The position numbers and the translations under genes are program-made. This document shows, piece by piece, positions 37,401-56,361 of a stretch of DNA of 64,000 bases. How positions within the stretch are numbered: the stretch's first letter is position 1; each line of letters begins with the position of its first letter. Under the pieces are notes generated by a model, which made no database searches, was not told the DNA's origin, and worked only from the letters and a program-made list of their open reading frames with translations. Source of the stretch: Antedon mediterranea. Its lineage: Eukaryota > Animalia > Echinodermata. Location of the stretch: the NCBI RefSeq assembly GCF_964355755.1, contig NC_092680.1:2170001-2234000 (forward strand), written 5' to 3'.

Positions 37401-40400
37401 AGATAATTTATTAATTAGGATTATTAAAGACTGTATACAAAAGCATTACAAAAAAATGTTATAACAGTAGAAATTGAACTGTGGTAGCAGTAGAAATTCA
37501 TTTTCTTGGTTAAGTTTTGACAGTAGTTTTAGTATAAAAACGTGGGCAGTGGAGTATCAATCATAAAACGACTCAATACTCCACCTATCAACATCGCACT
37601 ATAATGGCACTGCGGCGGGAATGATGGGCTGCCAAGAGTGATCGGCTTTTGTTGTTTACTGAGCCAACTTTAAATAGGTATTTTATTTGTATTACAGTTG
37701 CATTTTACAGTTATTACACATTCGGCTATCTGCGATTTCATTGTTTTTTAGGTTAATAATTGTTATGTATTATGAGATCGCAACGCACCTTAAATCAAGG
37801 ATAGGTTCAGCGTATGTACGGCCTAGCGGCGATCGATTGACAACGTACCAACTTACTTTTACGATTTAGTTTTTTCTTTTTTACGAAATATACGCGTGTA
37901 ACGAAAAAAACGATTTATTATTGTTACGTTTAACGCGTTTATGCAAATATTTAGTCAAGCATGCAGTGGGGGCGGGACTAATATTGAGCTGTGCATATTA
38001 GCGTTTTTCACGTTGTTTCACAATTGGAAGTCACGGTCAAGTTTAAAGAACAAAAGAATACGCGTTTCACGCATAGTCATCGTTTTTAAACATTTTGATA
38101 TGACGCCTTACCAACGTTTTCTTTTGGCTTTTTTAGTTAAGTATAGTAGTATAGTTAAGATTTTTTTTTTTTTTTTTTTTGTATTAACTTATGATTTTAT
38201 GTGAATGTATTTTTTATATATTATTTTGTATCACTATGTATAATTGTTATTACTATACTGTATATGAAACCATTTCAATATTAACTATCATGATAATTTG
38301 AATATCCTCATCAACAAATATTTTTGTTACTACTTCCTCTTTATGTATATATATATAAATATATTTAACTAAAATGTATCAACAAATATTGCTACAGTAT
38401 AGAGTACTAATTTTAATTCAAATTAGCTTAAGTATCCGTATCCGTCATTTTATGTTAATTGTGTTCAATATGGATGCACCACTTCCTGTGTGTGCCACCG
38501 ATGTAAAGGTGCAATTTCCAAATAAATTGATTGATTGATACAGGTACAGGTACAGGTGGAAGTACCACATTCAGGTGCTACAGTGGGAAGTACCACATTC
38601 AGGTGCTACAGTGGGAAGTACCACATTCAGGTGCTACAGTGGGAAATACTTTTGAACTATACAATTTTGGAATCCTTATGACAAGGGTGCTCTTTTGAAT
38701 GAAATTAGAATTGAAATTGGTTTTGTACTCATTTAAACAGGGGCTCATCTTAACTTAAAATATTCGTAATTGAACAGGGCAAGTATTTGAACACGAAAAG
38801 TATAAAATTCAGTGAATCGTCCTCTCTATAAATGGTTCCATCTGTAAAAAACGTCTTTATATTACTGTACATCATCATTTTTAGTAATGCATCTTTTAAA
38901 CTCTGTCTGCACTATCAAAAAGTGTGATGTGCCCAAATAGGGTAGTGATGCTTAAATATAGTAGCGATATGACTTCATCATGTCCATGTATGGGCACATC
39001 ACATTTTTTTGTCACATAAAGTTTGATAGTGTAGACAGAGCTTTACACCACCATTTTTAGTAATGCATCTCTTTATTGTTTACATAATGATATATTCACA
39101 GTAGAGAAGTATAAGATTGTTAATCATCCTAATATTTAGTCCTAATCCCTTCGCTTCAACTTGGTCACCTGTGACCGCTCTTTCTAGCGTCAAACTCACG
39201 TACTGTGTGTAATAGAGCATCATTGTTATAATTACAGCAGTCATATTGTGTTTTTCTCCTCACGTTTAGCATCGACTCTCGTCTCCCAACGGACTTAATG
39301 TATCACAGAATCCATCCTCTAAGGTGATACCTTCTTAGTGACTGTTTGAATGATATGCAACAGATTTTGAATGATGTGTATTTAGTATTAACCAAAATAT
39401 TTATGATCAGTATAAGCTCATGCACTGTACCTTATATTGCAACAAATTTGAGGAAAATTAGTAAAAGCAGGTGGGATTATGCTTAAATGTTGTCTATACT
39501 ATCAAACTAGTTTGACAAAAAAAGGTGTGATGCGTCCAAATATGGTAGTGATATGCTTAAATATGGTAGTGGTACTATAGGACATCATCATGTCCATGAC
39601 CACATCACATTAGTTTGTCACATAAAGTTTGATACTGTAGACAGAGCTTGTTTCTCTTTCTCCAGATTATTAAAATAACATCCACTTTTTATTGGCAGCA
39701 AGAATCTTGAATTAATGTAATTAATAAATTAAAAAAATTAAAAATTTCAGCTGCTACTATGCAAAAACAATGATTATTTTACTGACCATTGTTGACCGTC
39801 CGAATGACCACTTGAGCACCTTGCATTTTCTGTAATGAATTTTTTGTAAATTAAAACATTTTGGATGAAATTCTGATTTTGAGATCAATTTCGGTTTTCG
39901 GAGAGTCCAGTTTTAGGACTCACTGGTTTGACCATAGAACTGTAATTGAAGATGGAATTTTGATTTTTCCAGTAATATGGTACGCTGTATACTGTAATTA
40001 CAAAGAGTTATTGAGCTTGTACTGTAATAAATAAATACAAAATATGTCAAAGTATAGATACAAAATACTAACCTAACCCAACATGTACTAAACCTCTGTT
40101 GTATTATTTAATTCATTATTTTATTCAATTGCTTATTATATTATATTTCTTATTATTAATTTGTACTAATTTGTTTATTAATGTTATTGTTAGTATTTAT
40201 TTACAATCTTAACTTAAATTTGTTATTTTCTTTTTTTAAACTAACTACCTCAATTATGCATTCATTTTAATATTCCTTAAACAAATTTACAGTATACCCT
40301 ATCTCTAGAAATGGTTAAAAACATAGCAAAGACCTTTAAATAATAATGTAGATAAATAGTAAATTTAACAGACCCAAATGCTTGTTCTGTTAGTAGCCTA

Positions 40401-41699
40401 GTAGTAGTGTGGTTTCAATTATATACTGTAATAATTAATGTATTTAGATTTAACACCCAAGATACAGAAATAAACCAATTGTTTAATAAACTGAAAAATT
40501 ACATGAAAACGAATATTATTATACAAATATTACCTGCTTGGTAGTGAAATATAACATTTGAAATCCCTGAGGGAGGTTTTTTGTCTTGAGGGACTATATT
40601 TTTCTGAGGCGCAAGTGTGCCCTTGGTTAGTTGGAGTGAATACTAAATGATTTTTTACTACTACAAAAAAAAGGTTGTCAATGTCATGTCAACCGTCTGA
40701 TAATGATATAAAGACACAAACCGTGAATCTGGCATGTGTAAAGCTCTACTGTCTACAATATCAAACTATTTTGACAAAAAAAAGTGTGTGATGTGCCCAA
40801 ATATGGTAGTGATATGACATCATCATGTCTATATGGGCACATCACATTTTTTTGTCACATAAAGTTTGATGGTGTAGACAGAGCTTAATGTTGGTGAAAT
40901 TAAATCAATTGTGTAGTATAGGAATTCCCAAAAAAGAATTTTTGTTTGATCATTATATAATATTTTAATAATATGCTGTAAGTGTTTATAGTGTAGATCT
41001 TTGCATGTTGTGGAATGATATGAAATTGTAATGTCTTGTAATCATGAGAGGGATGCTGAAACAGATTACTGTATCTCTAAAGCTCTGTTTACAATATCAA
41101 ACTAAAGTGTGATGTGCCCAAGTATGGTAGTGGTATGCTTAAATATGGTAGTGGTATGACATCATCATGTCCATATAATTTATGGGCACATCACATTTGT
41201 TGTCACATAAAGTTTTATAGTATAGACAGAGCTTAATGTTAGGGTCAAATTTGTCATTGCTAATCAATGGTCAAAGATGACTATAAACTTTGTAAATAAA
41301 GTCTAAATTTTGCATCTCAGCCAGCATTTACAAGATACTGATAATGACAATTTTAGACGTTATAGTGCTTAAATAACCGGAATATACCGGTAATTGCCTC
41401 TTACAAAAATGTTGATATTTTTTTCTGTATATCAATATTAACACAAAGTTCCAAGAACAATGTATTAATTTGTTAGTGAAAGAATTGCCTCAAGATAAAT
41501 ACACACTTATGTATTCCTTGTTTGTTTTCCATAGATTAATAGAGATTTAACGCAACAACTTCTCAAAGATGGCTACCGATTGGACGAAGTGCCAGACGAT
41601 GCAGATTTGGATCTAATTCCACCCAAACCTGTTCACGATCGATGTGTTTGTTGTCAAGGTTATGATACGAATGGTAGCTATGCCTGCGTTATACAATGA
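22470..41699 (+). CDS. FAM219A: FAM219 family protein, 5 coding exons, C-terminal CaaX (CVIQ)
   Basis: Exons 22470-22526, 23485-23575 (PTSLQIKL), 26437-26611 (EKQRE..QQPRK..RERLAVP..QPLVTIDSE), 31553-31598 and 41535-41699 (INRDLTQQLLKDGYRLDEVPDDADLDLIPPKP..CVCCQ..ACVIQ*). Strong resemblance to the remembered FAM219A C-terminus (LLKDGYRLDEIPDDEDLDLIPPK). Probably co-orthologous to vertebrate FAM219A and FAM219B. Confidence 0.88.
24830..25215 (-). mobile_element. Decayed LINE-like 3' end; tail motif shared with ~4715-4770
   Basis: ATGAGGGTGGTCCATCCAGC..AGCTGATC.TTAGGGACCCT occurs in both places. The LINE assignment is an inference. Confidence 0.4.
30192..30510 (+). mobile_element. Composite SINE: 5S remnant + tRNA-like segment + CORE-like + Meta-like segments
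   Basis: GGAGACCGTCTGGAAATA..GGGTGCAGTA (5S 3' end), TGGTGTAATGG..GGTTCAAGCC (A/B boxes), TCCTT[AAT repeat]GGAAAGATGCTTTA, and CTTCGGATG..GCCGTT..CCCGTGTA..GCACTTAAAAGAAC. Confidence 0.55.
31869..32125. mobile_element. MITE copy with the internal 21-bp unit expanded about 6-fold
   Basis: (CACTACTATATTTGGGCACAT)n lies between intact TIRs. Confidence 0.9.
33471..38107. mobile_element. 4.6-kb non-autonomous PIF/Harbinger-like element in FAM219A intron 4
   Basis: Imperfect long TIRs (GGCGTCATGTCAAAATGTTT..ATGCGTGAAACGCG / CGCGTTTCACGCAT..AAACATTTTGATATGACGCC), TTA TSD at 33468-33470 and 38108-38110, CpG-rich interior, no long ORF. Confidence 0.8.
37211..37240. repeat. Perfect 30-bp palindrome flanked by 7-bp direct repeats (probable P-element-family excision footprint)
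   Basis: ACCTAAC-CATGGAGTAAAGAATATTCTTTACTCCATG-ACCTAAC. Confidence 0.8.
38555..38646. repeat. 28-bp tandem repeat, 3 copies
   Basis: Unit GTGGGAAGTACCACATTCAGGTGCTACA. Confidence 0.9.
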
Positions 41700-42221
41700 T
41701 ACGAAAGGCAAAATATATTATAAATATATATATATATACCCTATTATTCCATGTAAATTATTTAACATAGTAGTTTTAAAAGGCACTTAAGTATGACGAA
41801 AGTATTACATTTATAAGTGAAACAAATAGTTTATCTTTCCCAGGGATCTAATAGAAAATAGAGCCTTTAAGATACTCTTAAAACATTTTACGTTATATTG
41901 AATGATATTTTCGCTACTTTTTCCTCATGTTATTTATGTTTTTGTAAAAAATGTTGATACGATTCAATTATTATGTTTAATAAGCACATAATTCCTGTTA
42001 TGTTGGAAGCAAAGTTGATGAAGGTGACGATTCAGTTTTCAACACTTACAACTAGCGCAACATTATCGTGTCATGTTTCAAATGAGTTGACAACTTGAAT
42101 CTAAATTTTATTGCTTGGATGAGTATCACCATTTTACTGTGGAATATATATGTCAACAAAGTATATTATCGGCATATTTGGGTCTGATATGATCAACTAA
42201 CTCACAGACTTAAAAACTATT

Positions 42222-42635
42222 TCATCTACTGAAGTCAGTAACCACATTGATAGAGATAATGTATTTTGAAAAAAAGTGGACATGCCAAGATTGTGATGAA
42301 ATAACAAACTATTTCATAATTTGAAGACAGTGACCGCACAATAAAGAAATATTTTTTTTTAAAGTGGCCCAAGGTTTACTATTTAATCTTCTGAAAGTCA
42401 GTAACCACACTAACATATTTGCAAAAAAAAACATGGACAACATGCCTAAATGTTAATGAAATAATGCATCAACTTCTGAAAGTCAGTAACTATGGTAAGC
42501 GATATTTGAAGTGGACAACAGGCGTAAAGTTTACTTTTTCATCTTCTGAATGTCGGTAAAACCATGTTAAAAAGCGATATAGGATTAGTGGACAGCAGGC
42601 CTGAATTTTGATGAAATAATCCTCTGAAGTCACTT
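42222..42635. repeat. Degenerate tandem repeat of roughly 80-160-bp units downstream of the FAM219A stop
   Basis: Recurring CTTCTGAA(A)GTCAGTAAC..GTGGAC(AA)CATGCC..GATGAAATAA, about 5 units. Confidence 0.6.
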
Positions 42636-43624
42636 AGTCTTTATAGCTACACTTACTCGCTGATATTTGCGAAAACTTGGTGAGAAACAGCTTGATTTTG
42701 ATAAAATGATACATAAACTATGTGGTACCTTAACAAACCATGCTCATCTTCATAAACCACAGGCAAGGTGAATAGATTGTAAAGATGGACAGCAAGAGCA
42801 GTAAGCAGGAACAGCTGGTTTTTTGGATTGTTCCATTTTAAGTTATTCATGTATAAATCCAGCGATCTATGAGCCCATGAATTATTATTGATATTTGTAA
42901 TTTGCTCAATATTAGATTCCAAAAAATTATTCAAATTTAAAAAAAGCTATATTCTAGCTGGTAAAGTTAAGATTTATTCCAAGCTTTCTCTGTCGTCAAA
43001 TACAATGTACAGTAAAAAAAAAAAAAATTGCACACCCTACAACTAGCCCACAAATGGTGTTTAAAATGCATCTTGGAAACAAATTATAACTGGGTTTTGG
43101 GCACATTTTCAGTTTTATGTGTGTCTTGCTCTTCTTAAGCTCGGTCTAATATATAAAAAAAAATTTGATGTGCCCATATACAGTATGGGCACGATGATGT
43201 CATACCACTAGCATATTTGGGCACACTAGTTTGATAGTGTAGACGGAGCTTAAAACAATGTATTTGGCAAATTCCTCTAAAGTCTGCTTTTGTTTTATTA
43301 AGAATTTATGATGATTATGAGTTTTCTTTTTAGATTAACTATAAACTGTACAAATGTATAAAGAATATATGTTGTGTCACTTCCTATTTATGCACAGATA
43401 CAACAAGCTGTAAAATATTCAATTTTAATTATATTTATATTGATATATTTCTGTTTTCATGTTTATGCTGAGAATAGAAAATTGAACTACATAAATCTTA
43501 TAAAAGATATGTTATGTGTAGACTGTAGAGATGTAATATTGTTTGCAGTAATATGTATACCCCCTCAGCTTAAATGTGTGCTTGTATTTCTAAGAACCTT
43601 TTTTTGACTGTTTACTGTTTTCCC

Positions 43625-43848
43625 CAGGAGTTAGATAGCCGAGTGGTTAGGACACTTGACTGTCATACAGATAGACTCCCAGTCCACTCAGCTGTAAATG
43701 AGTACCTGGTTGAAAATACTAGGGAGAAAAAAGGCGGTGTGGAAAGGAACTGGCCACCCTACTACATAATGCCGAGGCTTAGTACAATGAGATCCTAACA
43801 GCTCATTCCCCTACGTTCAGAGAACACGGGACTCACCTTTACCTTTAC
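43625..43848 (+). mobile_element. tRNA-derived SINE with a Nin/Deu-like core and (ACCTTT)n tail
   Basis: TAGCCGAGTGGTTAGG (A-box; the B-box appears deleted), GTCCACTCAGCTGTAAATGAGTACCTGG, and tail ACCTTTACCTTTAC. Confidence 0.6.
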
Positions 43849-46800
43849 TGTTTTCCCAAGGGAGGCCCATGCATAATTCTAAGAATCTCAGTTTGTCATT
43901 TTCATGTGTCATCAATCAAGTTATCAATAATATTCACAGTTTGTTTAGCATGTTCATACAAATAATGAATGCTGGTAGAATGTGTAGCATATTTATGAGT
44001 TGAAAGAGTGACTGTTCTGTGCAAGGATCTGAGATCACTATCAAACTAGTTTAACAAAAAAGGTGTGATGTGCCCAAATATGGTGGTGATATCCCCAAAT
44101 ATGGCAGTGATATGACATCATTATGTACATATATCGGCACATCACATTTTTTTGTCTCATAAAGTTTAATAGTGTAGCTTAATGTTATAATCTAAAACAG
44201 GGTAAAGTCAATTTTCCCATACACCCATGGGCTGACCTGATATGTCTGGTTTTCGCATTTTCTCGCATTCTGAATGTCTTTTGTTGATGGTAAAAAAGAA
44301 CCTGAAACCTTTTGGACCTCAAGATAAGTCTGGTTTTGACCGAGTTTGCAGTTTTCAAAGATTCTGGTAATGTGTGAAATGTACTGGGGAAAACTGGTTT
44401 TATATGATTATAGTATAGTACATACCAAAATATATGCATGTTGTTTTTAAGTAGTTTTTATATCCAAACAATGATGGTGCATGTAGTCCTTTTTTTAACT
44501 TACTTAAGAAACTAACATTCCTTTTTTTGTGCAAGGGTAGAAGATTTTTATGAATTAGGTCTATCTTTATTATTTAAGGGGGTAAGGTTAATTATTGTCA
44601 ATAATGGATTTGGCCTGAAAGTGTCTCATGATAAGTTCTATTTCTAATTACAGTAGCTGTCTAGTTATTTCACGCCTTGAATCTACATTACTTATGCCCA
44701 CGTAGACATGATTAATTATTAACACAAGAAAATTTATTATAAAATACGACTTGACTGAAACAGCACTAAGAATGTATCAAAGTTTGATTGATGGGAGAGG
44801 TTGAACGAAATTCTGAATGTTGCTAACCTTAATAATTATTTTAAATACCTGTGAACTAAATATTCAGCATTATAAATGGATCTTAGTAGAAAATTGTACA
44901 TGCATGAATTACTTTCAGAGTACATGCAATGAATTTGTGAAACTTGCTGATAGGTAAATTGTTGATTGCTGCATCTAGACATTGCCTATGAAGAAACCTG
45001 ATTTATCAGTTTTGGTTAAAACATTTGAATACATTTATTTCTCTTTACTGTACACCAGTTTTTCAATTTGCGATGACTGAAGACCATTTGTTGTGTCATA
45101 GGTCGTAATCGAGACGTCAAACCTGTGTCGAGGTCGGGTGCGAGGACACAGTCCCAATATTTCTGTATGTGCATGAATTAAGATGACGTAGTTTGGTTGT
45201 CAGTTTTCGAAAAAAGAAAGCTTCCCAACAATACTGAGATTACGATTATTGAGGCAGATTCTGCTATCCACACGTAAATGGATAATGGTAATATACTACT
45301 TTGCATGATAAAAATAGACAGGGATGATAATGTCACAATACCAGGTAGAAGCAGCTATTGTTATTTATAGGTGCTTGTTTTCTCTACTATATCCGGACAG
45401 CCTATGTCCAATGACTTATGACCTAGATTTAGAGTTTTAAATGCGTATTTTTATGACATAAAAGTTAGAATTTATTGACCGTTAAATTTATTTCCATTTT
45501 ATACCATTCCAATAATAATGAAATTGTGATTTATTACAAAGAGTTATTGGAATATTGAAAACGTAATTTAAAAAAATAAATACAATTTTAAGATTAACAT
45601 TTACTGTAACATCAGAGGGAGGTTAAGTCGTATTTATATAGTTTCCTTACTATAAATCATTGTACAGTACAATAATTATTATAAGTTTAAATTGGTTATT
45701 GATTAAAAAAACAAAGCTGTGAGCTTATTGAATGAATTTGAGATAACCACGAACATTAAAACCAGAATATGGGGACACCTTCAAGACCTAACAAGTGTCC
45801 CCCTTATAGGGATGTCCCCTGAGGTGTTTATCATAGTGTTGAAACAAGTATTACCTTCATCTGTTTCACTGAAAACTGTCTTCTTGGGATTTTAAGCCCT
45901 GTTCACACTATCCATATATGAACATGATGATGTCATATCACTACCATATTTGCACATATCACTACCATATTTGGGCACATCACACTTTTTTTGTCAAACT
46001 AGTTTGATAGTGTAGACAGGGCTTTACAAAGAGTTGTACTGTATATGTTTTTTATATCCATATTTTCATTAGTAAGCACATACAGTATAATAATACATAC
46101 AGTGTATAATATATTATTATTAGTTCGTATTATTGATAATGAAAATTTTTTTAATATAAATTTTAATCAATATTATTAGATTTTATATGCTTGTGATCTA
46201 TGAACTTTCACATTGTGACCAGGTTACTAAGCTTTAGCTATATGATAATGAGTCACAAATGGTTTACTATGAAATCCCAGATGAATTTGTTATAATTATG
46301 CATGCCAAGTTATCTCATGATTACATTTATTGATCAGCATATTATAAATTCATTTGAAATATTCTGTATTATAATATTTTAAAAATAATGTTATCATATT
46401 ACTTAAACAGTGATTGAAATTGGATCAAAAAATAATTGTAGGTCAATTATTTTTTATAGTTGTTCCACTTGTTTAATATGATAAGATAATAATTATTGTA
46501 TAATTTTATTACCATTTATATTGTCTGACAGAATAAACTGAAAAAAAAAGTTTAGGCTCAAAATCGCTGGTTTTCAAAATTATACATATAGTGTCAAGCC
46601 GAAATTTGAAACCATAAGAAAATGCTAGTTTTGGGGATAGCTTCCAGTTTTCAGAGAGTTCAAAACACAATTGATTTTACAGCAAATCAAATAGCAAAAT
46701 TTAAAAGGTGTATGTTATCATAATACACTACTACTATCACTTCAGACATGCTTGCTAACTTTACTTTAATTTATATCATCGCCTATGTTTATGATGTGTT

Positions 46801-49004
46801 TATTTTAACTGCCATACTAAAATATTATATTTACCATTTATTGGAAAAAGCAATATAATATTCAAAACCATTCACCCAGAAAATGTAACCAAGTTGATCA
46901 TAAACTGCAGTATAATTAGTTTTAAAGGCAATTGCATAACATTTTAAAAAGTGCAGTCATCTTTCCATTTAAAGTAGCTTCATGCTCTTTCTGAACTTTG
47001 ACTTTTAAATAAGCAATCACAGTTTAATTTCAACTTGATGGTTTTGAATTAATTTCAGTTTTAATCAAAATAAATTTTTAATGTGTAAGCCTAGTGTACT
47101 ATTTCAATAATAAATAATTACATCATAATAATTTATTAAACATTAAAATAAATAGAAAATAATACTGTAGGGTTAAATTAGATAAAAGAATAATATAGCA
47201 TGACCTACAGGAGGCACGGACCAAATCCATTGGATCCGAAAGGCTGCAGTAATGTTTTGGTTGCGTTACTGCTAAGCCTAGAAATGGACAAACTTTTAAT
47301 GAATTAAAACTACACCGAAAATGATCATATTATGTATTGGTTTTTTTTTAATGATGACATTATCAGTCATTTTATGCGTACGTAAAATCCAGGGAATGTA
47401 AAATCAGGGAACTTTGTTTGGAACTCACTACTAATTTAAGCTTTGCACTTATCAAACTAGTTTGACAAAAAAGTGTGATGTACCCAAATAGGGTAGTGAT
47501 ATGCCCAAATATGGTAGTGATATGACTCCATCATGTCCATATATGGGTACATCACATTTTTTTGTCACATAATGTTTGATAGTGTAGACAGAGCTTTGAG
47601 TTGTATATTAAAGATGTATATCAAAATGATAAATATAAGATTCTTGTAATTGTATTATAGGTTTGTTTAGGTTAAATGTTAAAAGTGAACCGCTAAATCT
47701 TCCTGAATGACAGTGCAATGAGATAGGCCTAAAGGTTTAAAATGTTGGTGCAAATTATAGATTTTAAAATGATTAATTTTGTCATTTTTGTATAGGTAGG
47801 TTATTATTTATTTCATCATTTTTATACTCGTACTGTATATTACATAAAAAGATTAATTTTGTTGGTATTTGGAATTTGTTTGTTTGTCAATTTATTGGTT
47901 ACTGTTTTTATTGTTTTTCCAATCTACTATATTATTATGTACTTTATCTTTCGGGAAAGATTATTATTATCTTTATCATTATTCTTTACATTGATGACCG
48001 AATAAATATTATTATTATTATTATTATTATTATAAATAATAGCAACTGCACATGCCTATGAGCCAATTGGTGTAGTGATAGCTTTTGCAATGACCACATT
48101 CAACTCTGAATTTCAGTACATAATTAGTATTGGTTTCATTGCATTTTATAGTGTACAATTACTGTAAATTGTATTTTTAAGATAAAAATCTTACATATTT
48201 TCCATTTTTCCTAATAAATCATTTGTTTGATAGCACTTGTATTTATACAGTATATTCTCGAGCCAAGAAATTTGATTTCTTCTAGAGAAGACCCCAAATG
48301 ATGGTTTAGTTTAAATACCATGTTCATTTAAATACACACCTATGTTATACTGTACGATAATATACCATTATTGAATAAATAAATGTATTTTGAACTTGAA
48401 TTAGCAATATAGTTGGTAAAACACAATGATAATAATAATAATCAGTAGTTTAAATTGGGTCAAAATAGCTACATAAAGAAATTTAGAAAAAATGAAGCCA
48501 ATATATATACTTATACGTATTGCTTATAATAACTACTACTTAAATTCATTCCTTTAAAATGTTACTTTTGCAATTTACAGAAACGTTAAAGAAAGTTCTA
48601 TTATACAAATGATTTAACTTTTATTCCACTTCCACTTGCAGAACCAGCGGTGAATTAACCATTCTTGGTATTTTTTTATTTTGTGGGGTTGGGTTTTAGG
48701 AAAGTTGATGTAACCCAAATTCTGGAATAGAGCATGTTTATCAATGCATGTCTGGTTAATTTATGTCTAGGTGCAATGTATTATTTTACAGTATTGTTTG
48801 TATATTAACAGCAGTCATGTTTATGTAGTTATTTTGTATATTAATAGATACATAATTTGTATAATAGAAAAAATAAACTGCTTCTTTATGATAAAATTAC
48901 ACATGATTTGTATGTCTTCTGTATAGTATTATACATGAAAAAGTGCGTGCTTTTTTGATGGGATAATTTGATTGGCCAATGATAAGAACCCTCAGGGCAA
49001 CATT

Positions 49005-49182
49005 GGGCCCAGTGAGCTTGGATAGGAGACCATCTGGCAATGTGCTGGTATATGGGGCTAGGGTCCTATCAGACATTTGAAATCAGCAAACGTTAGGCCC
49101 AGTTAGAGCTTGGATGGGATGCCATCTGGCAATGTGCTGGTATATGGGGCTAGGGTCCCATCGGGCTATTTTAAATCAGCAG
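49005..49182 (+). mobile_element. Two tandem truncated copies of the 5S-derived SINE head
   Basis: The unit GAGCTTGGAT(A/G)GGA..CCATCTGGCAATGTGCTGGTATATGGGGCTAGGGTCC..AAATCAGCA occurs twice and matches 188-276. Confidence 0.7.
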
Positions 49183-50945
49183 GAGTGATATTGGTTTTGA
49201 CAAAAAATGCGTGATGTGCCCAAATATGGTGGTTATATGCCTAAATATGGTAGTGATATGACATCATGTCCATATATGGGCACATCACATTTTTTTGTCA
49301 CATCAAGTTTGATCGTGTAGACCGAGCTATCTTCAGCCTGAATAAGCTGTATATTTCATACCAGTCTGCTGCATGTTTCTTCTCTTCGTTATTGGCACTG
49401 TCTACACTGACCAGTTCGTAGATAATTGCTCCATTTTGGCCCATTAGTGGATATTGATTATTGACCAAGTAAATTTCAAATTCCACTCGGAATGATGGAA
49501 CTTGAAGGAAGATAATGGACATACTGTAAATAATGCACATTTTAGGTTGGTCGTAGAGGGTCGCATTTCCATATTTTGCTAAGGGCATCCCGAGTCAGTA
49601 AGTGATATTGACCAGCTAATTTTAAGGGCATTTTCTTATCGCTTAATACATCGCTTAGTTCTACGCCTACATCTCAGCAAAGATAGGCCTTTTCCACCAG
49701 GTACTTGGTACTGTTAAACATATGCAGTACTTGTACACCATTGGTGGATCCAGGATTGCTAAAGGTAGTGAAAGGAAGTGCTGAACTTAATTTGATGTCC
49801 TATCTTTTATATTACAAATTGTGAAATTTAGAGGAGCCGGGCGCTCTTTCTTCTCGGTACTGCTCGGGGCCCCTAGGTTTAGCCAGTGGCCTCACACCTA
49901 GACTAATAGAAACCCTTCAATACACCATTCTTGTTTGTAAGTGCATATGTCTTAAAGGAAGGCCTTTGTTGTCTACTATCCTTAGTTGATCTTCGAATCC
50001 AGTCTAAATCAGACCTATTTAAGGTGGGAAAATATCTCAACCATAGGATTTTGTTCAGTCAAATGCTATATAAAATACTAAACAAAATTTATTTATTTTT
50101 TGTATTTAGTTTTATTAATAGCTCAACAAAATTTGAAGCTTTTTAAAGCTTAATTTTTTTGAATAAGACCAAAACCCCTTACAGTATATATTGCTTGTTA
50201 GTCCATGTTTTAATATCAAATTTGCTTTTTTTATTGTAAAGTATTAAAAAATTAACAAAACTAAATAAATTATCTTGATTTAAGTTAATATATAGGGGGC
50301 AGCAGACAGATATTTATACTGCAAACATTTATTTTTTCAAAAAAGCAGTAAATAAGTTAGTATTTGTAAAATGTTTTAAGTATATAAAAGTTTGAAGTAA
50401 AAATATGTTTTTAATCTTGAAAATAAAGTTAGGGGTTTCACCCGACATTTGAAATGGTGATTGAATATAGAACATGGTACCACTGATTAATGCTAAATTT
50501 GTCTTAAGCTCTGTCTACACTATCAAACTTTGTGACAAAAAAATGTGGCCATATCTAGACATAATGATGTCATATCACTACCATATTTGGCAATATCACT
50601 ACCATATTTGGGCACATCACACTAGTTTGATAGTGTGGACAGAGCTTTACATATCATCAACATACAAACTAAAACAATGAGAAATCTCTACACTAGCTGT
50701 AGCTTCTAGGTTTGTACGATCTAACACCTAGGAAAAACATCACTGCAACAATTATTAGACTTAGTGATATCAACGCCGTGAATCTACCGCTGCCACTGGT
50801 AGCTCGACGTTCCATTCTCATCATCCGCATGCCTTGTGAATCAGCCAAAACCAATCAACGGTTTAAAACGGGGTAAAGCTCACAATTTTGAATTGCGATT
50901 TATTTACTTATTGGCAAAATAGTAGTGTATGAAATAATCAGTGTC

Positions 50946-56361
<5,416 letters not shown>

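Noticed and set aside
42653-42990. Penelope-like reverse transcriptase remnant (MGS / DLYMNNL fragments)
   Set aside because: The motif fragments are in different frames and too degenerate to support without a translated search.
45076-45120. Another hammerhead ribozyme (CTGAAGA...GAGACGTC)
   Set aside because: No GAAA core at the right position and no clean stem I or stem II.
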